A DNA stretch of 64,000 nucleotides from Candidatus Dojkabacteria bacterium (GTDB taxonomy: Bacteria; Patescibacteriota; Dojkabacteria; J137). The notes below the pieces were generated by a model, which saw only the letters and a list, made by a program, of their open reading frames with translations, ran no database searches and was not told where the DNA came from. Where the stretch lies: assembly GCA_025999215.1 (NCBI GenBank), contig AP024679.1, positions 165,645-229,644 of the forward strand, in the 5' to 3' direction. This document shows positions 10,473-18,307 of the stretch, piece by piece; the first letter of the stretch is position 1; each line of letters opens with the position of its first letter. The position numbers and the translations under genes were made by a program.

Positions 10473-11985
10473 AACTCAAAGCTTCACTTATGTGATCATC
10501 TAAAACATCAAAACTTCCTTCCAAGTCTGCAATAGTGCGAGCTACTTTTAATATTCTGGTGTATGAACGAGCTGATAAATTAAGCCTGTCTACAGCAAGT
10601 TTAAGTAGCGACTTTGAAGAGTCGGGTAGGTTTATAAATTTTTCTAATTGTTTTTGCCCCATGTCTGAATTTGTGTATAAATTTTGGTTTATAAACCTTT
10701 CTTTTTGTATTTTCCTAGCTGTCTCAACTCTTTTTCTTACCTGGCTTGAACTTTCTTGATTTTGTGAGTTTTCTATTAATTTTTGATGCTCGACCTTGTT
10801 TACATGGACCAACAAATCTATGCGGTCAAGTATTGGACCAGATATTTTCTTTTGATAAAGCTGAACTTCTCTTTGAGTACAAGTGCATTTTTTGTTAGGA
10901 TCACCCCTAAAACCGCATTTACAAGGATTCATAGCAGCAACCAAAATGAAATTTGCCGGAAAAGATAAGCTTCCAGACGCCCGAGAAATTGTAACTACTT
11001 TATCTTCTAGCGGTTGCCGGAGAGCTTCCAAAGCCTTAGAACTAAACTCTGGAAATTCATCTAGAAATAAAACACCTCTGTGTGCAAGTGAAATTTCTCC
11101 AGGTTTTGGATTTGTTCCACCACCGACCAGTGCTACCTGAGAAGATGTATGGTGCGGTTTTCTAAATGGCCTTTTTTCAATCAAAGGAACATCTTTTGAG
11201 GTTAATCCTGCAATGCTATAAATTTGAGTTACTTCAAGTTTTTCATTTAAATCCATTTCTGGGAGAATTGAAGGTATACATTTTGAAAGCATTGTTTTTC
11301 CTGACCCAGGAACTCCTGACAACAAAATGTTGTGTCCACCTGCTGCCGCTATTTCTAGAGCTCTCTTGGCATGCTCTTGCCCTTTGACATACTTTAAATC
11401 ATTTTCTAAAAAATTTTTTCTGGTTGTTTTTTCCGTTCTGTTTGGAATACTAAACTCATAACCTTCTTCAAAATATTTGATTATCTCTTTAAGATGTTTA
11501 ACTCCGTACAGATTAATGTCTTTAACTGTAGATGCTTCTAAAATATTGTCATAAGGAATAAACGCTTCACTAAATCCCAAATTTTTAATCTGAGCTATTA
11601 TTGGTAAAATTCCTCTAATTGGTCTAACTCTGCCATCTAAAGCTAACTCACCCAAAAAAATTTTTCCTTCAGAATCAAAATTTAATTGATTAGTAGCTTT
11701 CATGTATGCAACTGCCATCGGTAAATCAAAACCTGCTCCAGACTTGGTTAATTCTGCTGGTGCTAAGTTTAAAATGATTCTCATAGCGTTAAATTTGCCT
11801 CCTGAAGATCTGATTGCAGAAGGGATTCTATCTTTTGCTTCTTGAGTAGATTTATCTGCTAAACCAACAATAACTGTTCGGGCTTGCCCCGTAGAATTAT
11901 ACGCTTCAACCTCTATAATGTTGCAATACAACCCTGTGAGCACTGCTGAATACACTTTCGCTAATTTCTGCTTTTGCATTTGCAC
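10453..11985 (-). CDS. comM: YifB/ComM Mg-chelatase-like AAA+ ATPase
   Basis: NLAPA, FDLP, GELALDG, GVPGSGKT, PGEISLAHRGVLFLDE, NPCKCG, SGPILDRID. Confidence 0.93.
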   Translation of the reverse strand: MQMQKQKLAKVYSAVLTGLYCNIIEVEAYNSTGQARTVIVGLADKSTQEAKDRIPSAIRSSGGKFNAMRIILNLAPAELTKSGAGFDLPMAVAYMKATNQLNFDSEGKIFLGELALDGRVRPIRGILPIIAQIKNLGFSEAFIPYDNILEASTVKDINLYGVKHLKEIIKYFEEGYEFSIPNRTEKTTRKNFLENDLKYVKGQEHAKRALEIAAAGGHNILLSGVPGSGKTMLSKCIPSILPEMDLNEKLEVTQIYSIAGLTSKDVPLIEKRPFRKPHHTSSQVALVGGGTNPKPGEISLAHRGVLFLDEFPEFSSKALEALRQPLEDKVVTISRASGSLSFPANFILVAAMNPCKCGFRGDPNKKCTCTQREVQLYQKKISGPILDRIDLLVHVNKVEHQKLIENSQNQESSSQVRKRVETARKIQKERFINQNLYTNSDMGQKQLEKFINLPDSSKSLLKLAVDRLNLSARSYTRILKVARTIADLEGSFDVLDDHISEALSFRVDLQ

Positions 11986-12044
11986 ACTTTAATCTATTAA
12001 TAATTTTAAATTTTTGTATCATTAGTTTCATTGTATTGAAGTAC

Positions 12045-12081
12045 AAAAAGAAAAGCGCCAAGAGGCGCTTTTCTTTTTTTT
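12045..12081. terminator. Bidirectional intrinsic terminator downstream of anti-sigma copy 1
   Basis: AAAAAGAAAAGCGCC-aaga-GGCGCTTTTCTTTTTTT. Confidence 0.85.
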
Positions 12082-12103
12082 GATAGTAGTTAGAAAACTA
12101 CCC

Positions 12104-13540
12104 TCAATCTAAGAATCCCGAAGCAAATAAGTCATCAATAAACTCATCTGCTAACCAAAGCTTTGATCCGTCCGGTGCAATGTATGGATCCTGAAAAGTT
12201 GCACCGTATTTATCGCTGTATCCCGGCCAACCTGGTTGAGCATATATTTTATTACCTTTTGTATATACAGGTAGTACATAACTGTCTGAATCTTTATAAT
12301 ATTCATATTTATTCAAATAAATTCCACCGTTTATTTGATCAGTAATTTCTTGATTATTGATATATACATGCATAGATCTAATGACTCGACCACTGTTAGG
12401 ACCAGATCCACAATTGTAAAGTTTAATGAATATACCATTGTTCAAAAGTATCGCACCACCAGAGGAAGCACAAATACTTTGGTTTTTACCCGTGCTCTGG
12501 CTAATTTGGATTTTCTCCTGTAGTAATAAATCAAATTCATCTGTTGCTAATTCAAAGAACCCTGGTAAAAAAGGAAATGTTGTAAGATATCCTACTCTTG
12601 GCGTTGGATCTGGCGCTGGTTGTGGCTGTGGCGCCGGTTGTGGCTGTTGTGCTGGTTGCGGTTGTTGCGCTTGCGGCTGTGGTTCTGGTTCTTCTATTTT
12701 CTCCTCTTCAAATCTTAAGCTTGCTAGCACTCCTAAATTATCTCCAAAACCTTCACTATCTCTTTCTTTGTTGTACTCCACAAATTCCCTATCCAATTCT
12801 TTTGCTACTATCTCTCTCACTTCTAACCCTATCGCTTCTTTTCCTTGTTCTACTTCCACCTTTCCTTCTCCTTCCAATACTTCTACTTTGCTTTCATATA
12901 CCACTAACTTGCTTGTTTCTCCTTTTATTACACTAAATGCTGTTCCTTTTGCTACATAGTTGTATTCTCCTGCCTTTACTTCATATGTCCTTCTTTCTAC
13001 CTTTGCTACTCTTGAATATACTTCTCCTTCCATTAACTCCACTTCATACTCATCTTCTTTCAAACTATTCATCTTTACCTTTGTATTCTTATTCAATCTC
13101 ATATAACTTCCGTCTTGTAACATCACTTCTATTCTTCCTTCTTTCGTCTCTAGCTCATCACTCTCTTTTACCTCCATTTCTTGACTTGCTTCCTCACCAT
13201 TTATCATAACTTCTCCTTCTATTTCTGTTACTTTTCCTATGTGTGTTGCTACCTTTGCTTCCTCTTCAAAACTTTGTTGTACTTCTGCTTTTTCTTCCCT
13301 TGTTAATAAATAGTACCCACTTGGTACTGCTACCGTTAGTGCTAATGCTGACACTCCCAGCATCGCTATTTGTTTTTTGCCTAACTTCATAAACTGGTTT
13401 AGTAAAATGTAAAATGTGGGCTTTTCAAAACTTTTATCAAGTTTTTTTTCAATTTTTAGTTTTAAATCCACCGATGGAGTAGACTCTAGGTCTGAAAATT
13501 TATCTAAAAAATTTGTATTTTCTTGACTAAGTTTTTTCAT
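12104..13540 (-). CDS. FecR-domain membrane anti-sigma factor, copy 1 (Pro/Gln linker plus unique ~165-aa C-terminal domain)
   Basis: Directly follows the ECF sigma; short cytoplasmic N-terminus, TM helix, FecR-like DGSYMRLNKNT...L.EGEV...KGTAF; ATG at 13540 has GAGG upstream (ORF track uses GTG 13549). Confidence 0.8.
   Translation of the reverse strand: MKKLSQENTNFLDKFSDLESTPSVDLKLKIEKKLDKSFEKPTFYILLNQFMKLGKKQIAMLGVSALALTVAVPSGYYLLTREEKAEVQQSFEEEAKVATHIGKVTEIEGEVMINGEEASQEMEVKESDELETKEGRIEVMLQDGSYMRLNKNTKVKMNSLKEDEYEVELMEGEVYSRVAKVERRTYEVKAGEYNYVAKGTAFSVIKGETSKLVVYESKVEVLEGEGKVEVEQGKEAIGLEVREIVAKELDREFVEYNKERDSEGFGDNLGVLASLRFEEEKIEEPEPQPQAQQPQPAQQPQPAPQPQPAPDPTPRVGYLTTFPFLPGFFELATDEFDLLLQEKIQISQSTGKNQSICASSGGAILLNNGIFIKLYNCGSGPNSGRVIRSMHVYINNQEITDQINGGIYLNKYEYYKDSDSYVLPVYTKGNKIYAQPGWPGYSDKYGATFQDPYIAPDGSKLWLADEFIDDLFASGFLD
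12601..12692. repeat. Imperfect ~18-nt GC-rich tandem repeat encoding the Pro/Gln linker
   Basis: tggcgctggttgtggctg / tggcgccggttgtggctg / ttgtgctggttgcggttg; same at 15598-15689. Confidence 0.8.
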
Positions 13541-13549
13541 AAGCCTCAC

Positions 13550-14071
13550 TTAATTAGTATCAAATGGTGTACAAATAATTAATTTTTTTAAAGATTTTAT
13601 TGCTCTTTTCTGAGTAGTTTTAACATAGTTCATGTTTTTACCTAAATGTTTACAAATTTCTTGCAGACTCATTTTTTCTAAAAATCTTAATGTTGCTACC
13701 TCTCTTTGACTTTTGGGAAGTTTTTGAATAAATGGTCTTATTCGCTCCTCTGGCGTTTTTCCTTTAAAAAACTCAATAAACTTTTCAACATGAGTTTCTT
13801 CAAAATTTTCAATTTCAGATATATTTATTTCTCTTCTTTTGTATTTTTTCTTTAGTTCTTTGATGAATAAATTTTTGGCAATTCCATACAAAAAATATTT
13901 ATAACTTTCAATCTCAACTCCCTTATGAATACTTTGTGAAAACATTAAAAAAGTATCAGAAGTCAAGTCTTCTGCTACTTCTTTATTAAGAAATTTAAAA
14001 TAAAAAAATTTATATATATCATCAAAGTATTGTTCGAAAATAACTTTTATTATTCTAGGGTCTTGGGGCAT
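13550..14071 (-). CDS. ECF (sigma-70 family) RNA polymerase sigma factor, copy 1
   Basis: AEDLTSDTF, FLYGIAKN (region 2); LPKSQREVATLRFLEKMSLQEI...VKTTQKRA (region 4). Confidence 0.92.
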   Translation of the reverse strand: MPQDPRIIKVIFEQYFDDIYKFFYFKFLNKEVAEDLTSDTFLMFSQSIHKGVEIESYKYFLYGIAKNLFIKELKKKYKRREINISEIENFEETHVEKFIEFFKGKTPEERIRPFIQKLPKSQREVATLRFLEKMSLQEICKHLGKNMNYVKTTQKRAIKSLKKLIICTPFDTN

Positions 14072-14182
14072 TAATAATTTATTTTCTTAAAAACTAACTA
14101 CTCGTAATTATACTATATAGAAAAAAGTTTTATAATGTTTGTAAGTAATTACAAGCTTTGCTAAAATCCACCTAGATTTTGT

Positions 14183-14256
14183 CGGGGAGTAGTTCAGTTG
14201 GCTAGAACGCACGGCTGGGGGTCGTGAGGTCGCAGGTTCAAGTCCTGTCTCCCCGA
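14183..14256 (+). tRNA. tRNA-Pro(GGG), copy 1
   Basis: Acceptor stem CGGGGAG/CTCCCCG, anticodon arm CACGG-CTGGGGG-TCGTG, GTTCAAGTC T-loop; CCA not encoded. Confidence 0.95.
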
Positions 14257-14281
14257 TGATTTTTAACTTTTAAGTTAAGAT

Positions 14282-15027
14282 ATGAGCAAAAATCCAAATT
14301 CTAGTTTAGAAAAAATGACAATTCCGCAGGATAGTGTAGTTGCAGAATCTATATACAACATATTTGAAAAAGTTAACAATTTCATGGAAAATGCGCCTGA
14401 TATTATTGATAAAAAACTTCCAGAATTTATATCTCATTTATTTACATTGGTAAATATGAAAACTTTTAATTTAGTTGAAGAATTAGTTAACCATCCTCAA
14501 AATGTATCAGATACTCTTAAATATGAACTTAAAACCAAATTTAATTCCAATGAAAATTTAAGCAAAATAATCAATGCCTTGACAAACAAGATTCTAGTTA
14601 AAGTAATGCTAAGAGGAGAAGCATCAAAAGACTCCTCTAATTACATAGATAAAAATTTTGATAAAACTCCCAGCAATCTAGTGATTGATGGGCTTATAGA
14701 AATTTTGATGTTTTGTGTAAACATACATCATATTATTTGTGATGCATATAATACAAATTACAATAATTCTTTACCTGGCAAGATTCAAAGTATTCTGAGA
14801 ATTTTGGAATTTTTTGGACTTAATTATGAAGTCAAATATGATAATGATAAGCGCTATATCAAAATTACAAATAGCTTAAATAATCTACCATTTATATTTG
14901 ATTATACCCTAAATTAGATCCATCAATTCTTTTTAAACCATCAGGACCTATAGCCACGGCATATAATCAAGAGAAATTTTTAAACAAGATAAATGGTATT
15001 AACTCACAACCGGAAAAGATAATCTAG
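14282..15027 (+). CDS. Hypothetical protein ORF-X1, paralog of 17422-18276; apparent 1-nt frameshift near 14907
   Basis: ORF track ends at 14917, but another frame continues PKLDPSILFKPSGPIATAYNQ...EKII* to 15027, matching the paralog C-terminus. Confidence 0.7.
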
Positions 15028-15093
15028 GACCTCTATCAATCTTTTCAAAATCTTTTAAAACTTTTAAAAAGATTGTTCATTGTATTAAGATAC

Positions 15094-15130
15094 AAAAAGA
15101 AAAGCGCTCATAAGAGCGCTTTTCTTTTTT
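15094..15130. terminator. Bidirectional intrinsic terminator between ORF-X1 and anti-sigma copy 2
   Basis: AAAAAGAAAAGCGCTC-ataa-GAGCGCTTTTCTTTTTT. Confidence 0.85.
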
Positions 15131-15142
15131 AATTTAAACTTA

Positions 15143-16537
15143 TCATAGAGAAAAATTCATTGTCCCTATAATTGTTTGCAACTCTGACTTTACTTGATTA
15201 AGCAAATCTGAGTCGTTTTTAAAAGCATATTCAATTCTTATGCCAGAGTATGAGTCTGAGGGGTTTTCGTAATATGCTAAAAGCCCTATCTTTCCATCAT
15301 ACCTAGTAGAAAAATAAACATTAAATATCTTTTGGTTTGCAGTGGTGAGTGTGTACTGTTGAAGCACATTAGATGGTCCACCACCTCCACATAAAGGACA
15401 CATGTTGTAGCTTATCCTATATGTAGAACTAAACTCTGAACTAGAAAATGTTACATCTTGTTGATTGTTGCCATAAACTGCACTAAATACTGCATTTCCA
15501 TATTCTGATGGATAATAGAAGCTAAAATCAAAATTAGGACTAGTAGCAAATGAATTACTACCAGATGGTGCAGGATGACCTTTTGATATATCTACAGGCG
15601 TTGGATCTGGCGCTGGTTGTGGCTGTGGCGCCGGTTGTGGCTGTTGTGCTGGTTGCGGTTGTTGCGCTTGCGGCTGTGGTTCTGGTTCTTCTATTTTCTC
15701 CTCTTCAAATCTTAAGCTTGCTAGCACTCCTAAATTATCTCCAAAACCTTCACTATCTCTTTCTTTGTTGTACTCCACAAATTCCCTATCCAATTCTTTT
15801 GCTACTATCTCTCTCACTTCTAACCCTATCGCTTCTTTTCCTTGTTCTACTTCCACCTTTCCTTCTCCTTCCAATACTTCTACTTTGCTTTCATATACCA
15901 CTAACTTGCTTGTTTCTCCTTTTATTACACTAAATGCTGTTCCTTTTGCTACATAGTTGTATTCTCCTGCCTTTACTTCATATGTCCTTCTTTCTACCTT
16001 TGCTACTCTTGAATATACTTCTCCTTCCATTAACTCCACTTCATACTCATCTTCTTTCAAACTATTCATCTTTACCTTTGTATTCTTATTCAATCTCATA
16101 TAACTTCCGTCTTGTAACATCACTTCTATTCTTCCTTCTTTCGTCTCTAGCTCATCACTCTCTTTTACCTCCATTTCTTGACTTGCTTCCTCACCATTTA
16201 TCATAACTTCTCCTTCTATTTCTGTTACTTTTCCTATGTGTGTTGCTACCTTTGCTTCCTCTTCAAAACTTTGTTGTACTTCTGCTTTTTCTTCCCTTGT
16301 TAATAAATAGTACCCACTTGGTACTGCTACCGTTAGTGCTAATGCTGACACTCCCAGCATTGCTATTTGTTTTTTGCCTAACTTCATAAACTGGTTTAGT
16401 AAAATGTAAAATGTGGGCTTTTCAAAACTTTTATCAAGTTTTTTTTCAATTTTTAGTTTTAAATCCACCGATGGAGTAGACTCTAGGTCTGAAAATTTAT
16501 CTAAAAAATTTGTATTTTCTTGACTAAGTTTTTTCAT
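15143..16537 (-). CDS. FecR-domain membrane anti-sigma factor, copy 2 (different, PsbP-like C-terminal domain)
   Basis: Protein identical to copy 1 through ...PAPDPTP, then unrelated sequence with FSFYYPSEY and terminal LQTIIGTMNF. Confidence 0.8.
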   Translation of the reverse strand: MKKLSQENTNFLDKFSDLESTPSVDLKLKIEKKLDKSFEKPTFYILLNQFMKLGKKQIAMLGVSALALTVAVPSGYYLLTREEKAEVQQSFEEEAKVATHIGKVTEIEGEVMINGEEASQEMEVKESDELETKEGRIEVMLQDGSYMRLNKNTKVKMNSLKEDEYEVELMEGEVYSRVAKVERRTYEVKAGEYNYVAKGTAFSVIKGETSKLVVYESKVEVLEGEGKVEVEQGKEAIGLEVREIVAKELDREFVEYNKERDSEGFGDNLGVLASLRFEEEKIEEPEPQPQAQQPQPAQQPQPAPQPQPAPDPTPVDISKGHPAPSGSNSFATSPNFDFSFYYPSEYGNAVFSAVYGNNQQDVTFSSSEFSSTYRISYNMCPLCGGGGPSNVLQQYTLTTANQKIFNVYFSTRYDGKIGLLAYYENPSDSYSGIRIEYAFKNDSDLLNQVKSELQTIIGTMNFSL

Positions 16538-16546
16538 AAGCCTCAC

Positions 16547-17068
16547 TTAATTAGTATCAAATGGTGTACAAATAATTAATTTTTTTAAAGATTTTATTGC
16601 TCTTTTTTGAGTAGTTTTAACATAGTTCATGTTTTTACCTAAATGTTTACAAATTTCTTGCAGACTCATTTTTTCTAAAAATCTTAATGTTGCTACCTCT
16701 CTTTGACTTTTGGGAAGTTTTTGAATAAATGGTCTTATTCGCTCCTCTGGCGTTTTTCCTTTAAAAAACTCAATAAACTTTTCAACATGAGTTTCTTCAA
16801 AATTTTCAATTTCAGATATATTTATTTCTCTTCTTTTGTATTTTTTCTTTAGTTCTTTGATGAATAAATTTTTGGCAATTCCATACAAAAAATATTTATA
16901 ACTTTCAATCTCAACTCCCTTATGAATACTTTGTGAAAACATTAAAAAAGTATCAGAAGTCAAGTCTTCTGCTACTTCTTTATTAAGAAATTTAAAATAA
17001 AAAAATTTATATATATCATCAAAGTATTGTTCGAAAATAACTTTTATTATTCTAGGGTCTTGGGGCAT
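16547..17068 (-). CDS. ECF sigma factor, copy 2 (protein identical to copy 1)
   Basis: Identical translation in the ORF track. Confidence 0.92.
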   Translation of the reverse strand: MPQDPRIIKVIFEQYFDDIYKFFYFKFLNKEVAEDLTSDTFLMFSQSIHKGVEIESYKYFLYGIAKNLFIKELKKKYKRREINISEIENFEETHVEKFIEFFKGKTPEERIRPFIQKLPKSQREVATLRFLEKMSLQEICKHLGKNMNYVKTTQKRAIKSLKKLIICTPFDTN

Positions 17069-17179
17069 TAATAATTTATTTTCTTAAAAACTAACTACTC
17101 GTAATTATACTATATAGAAAAAAGTTTTATAATGTTTGTAAGTAATTACAAGCTTTGTTAAAATCCACCTAGATTTTGT

Positions 17180-17253
17180 CGGGGAGTAGTTCAGTTGGCT
17201 AGAACGCACGGCTGGGGGTCGTGAGGTCGCAGGTTCAAGTCCTGTCTCCCCGA
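17180..17253 (+). tRNA. tRNA-Pro(GGG), copy 2
   Basis: Identical to 14183-14256. Confidence 0.95.
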
Positions 17254-17421
17254 TGATCAGAAGCTTTTACAATTTTTTAAAGCATTGTTTAGAATGGTGA
17301 TTTTTATGAATAGGTAAGTATTTCGATCCTATTCATAATAAATACGAGAAGAATGACATTGTCTCGATTGATACGATACTAATGTATAACGCGAACTGAT
17401 ATACTTATTTAATGAGTTTTT

Positions 17422-18276
17422 ATGGAACAGATAAACAGCAACCAACAAAAACCCGAAACTCGAGCCACTACTGAGCGTCCTGCAAACGACTGGTTGTTCT
17501 TTTTCTTAAATCAATTGGTTCAAATATTTAAAGATGATAATATTCAAGAAGTTTCTAGTCTAAGTTTAGAGGATTTAAATGCATATGACGAAAACCAAAT
17601 ATTGATTTCAAAGTTATCAGGTGTCAACACATTAACGAATCAAAAAATGATGCAAAAGGTATTTGAGTTAATAAATTCAAGGTATGACTCTAACGAATTA
17701 TTTAACAACATAAAAGAAGAGATTAATGAAAAAAATCTAGAAAAAATAAAACCTATGATACCAGAGATACTAGAGTTGATTAAAAAAGTTCTAAACAAAG
17801 CTCTAGTATTTGCTTCAAAAGAAACTAATAAAATTGCTTTTGACTATTTAATCCAAATACTTATTTTTTTAACAAATTTATATAACTACATAAACAATGT
17901 AGAGCCTCAAGTAAACAACCAAGAAACTATCCTATTAAATTCTTTATCAGCATATCAACTAAGCATTATGCATTTTTTGGATTTCATGTTTATATCTAAG
18001 AATGGCTTGAAATTTGGTGACAACATCGACATTGATACAGAAATTACAACTGATGTTCAACAATCCGACCTTATCGTTACAATTAAATTTATAAAAAACT
18101 CAAGAGAAAATAATAAAAATCAGGAAAAAACTGTAGAAGATCTAATTACACTTAATATACCTCCTGAACCTAAACCGAATTCTTATATTGATACATTGGA
18201 TCCATTGCTAGGCCCTACTGGGGTTATAGCTTGTAACATAAATCAAAACCCTAAGGCATGGGAAAAAATAGCCTAA
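17422..18276 (+). CDS. Hypothetical protein ORF-X2, paralog of ORF-X1
   Basis: 284-aa ORF sharing DxLIxILxFxxN, NSL...SI...LxF and LDP...PxGxIA...NQ motifs with ORF-X1. Confidence 0.75.
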   Translation: MEQINSNQQKPETRATTERPANDWLFFFLNQLVQIFKDDNIQEVSSLSLEDLNAYDENQILISKLSGVNTLTNQKMMQKVFELINSRYDSNELFNNIKEEINEKNLEKIKPMIPEILELIKKVLNKALVFASKETNKIAFDYLIQILIFLTNLYNYINNVEPQVNNQETILLNSLSAYQLSIMHFLDFMFISKNGLKFGDNIDIDTEITTDVQQSDLIVTIKFIKNSRENNKNQEKTVEDLITLNIPPEPKPNSYIDTLDPLLGPTGVIACNINQNPKAWEKIA

Positions 18277-18307
18277 ACTCATGATACAAAATTTGATTTA
18301 AAAATTT

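Larger units (their letters stand above)
12600..14260. repeat. 1661-bp direct repeat, copy 1 (linker-FecR-sigma-tRNA-Pro core)
   Basis: Matches 15597-17257 at offset 2997; differences seen at 13364/16361, 13610/16607 and 14161/17158. Confidence 0.95.
15597..17257. repeat. 1661-bp direct repeat, copy 2
   Basis: See copy 1. Confidence 0.95.

Noticed and set aside
12601..12692. CRISPR array or DNA-level repeat element
   Set aside because: Short in-frame imperfect repeats encoding a Pro/Gln linker; no spacers and no cas genes.
12426..13209. Cys-rich and Leu-rich + strand ORFs (also 15550-16206)
   Set aside because: Antisense shadows of the purine-rich FecR and linker sequence, which lacks stops on the opposite strand.
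14183..14256. tRNA-Pro duplicated to supply the Pro-rich linker
   Set aside because: The linker uses CCA/CCG codons, whereas the GGG anticodon reads CCC/CCU.
14257..17253. Prophage or integrative element between the two tRNAs
   Set aside because: Only about 3 kb, with no integrase, phage or transfer genes, and the duplication extends about 1.6 kb upstream of the tRNA.
12104..17257. Diversity-generating retroelement (TR/VR pair)
   Set aside because: No reverse transcriptase in the window; the repeat differences are three scattered substitutions, not clustered adenine-specific changes; the tips are non-homologous rather than point-mutated.
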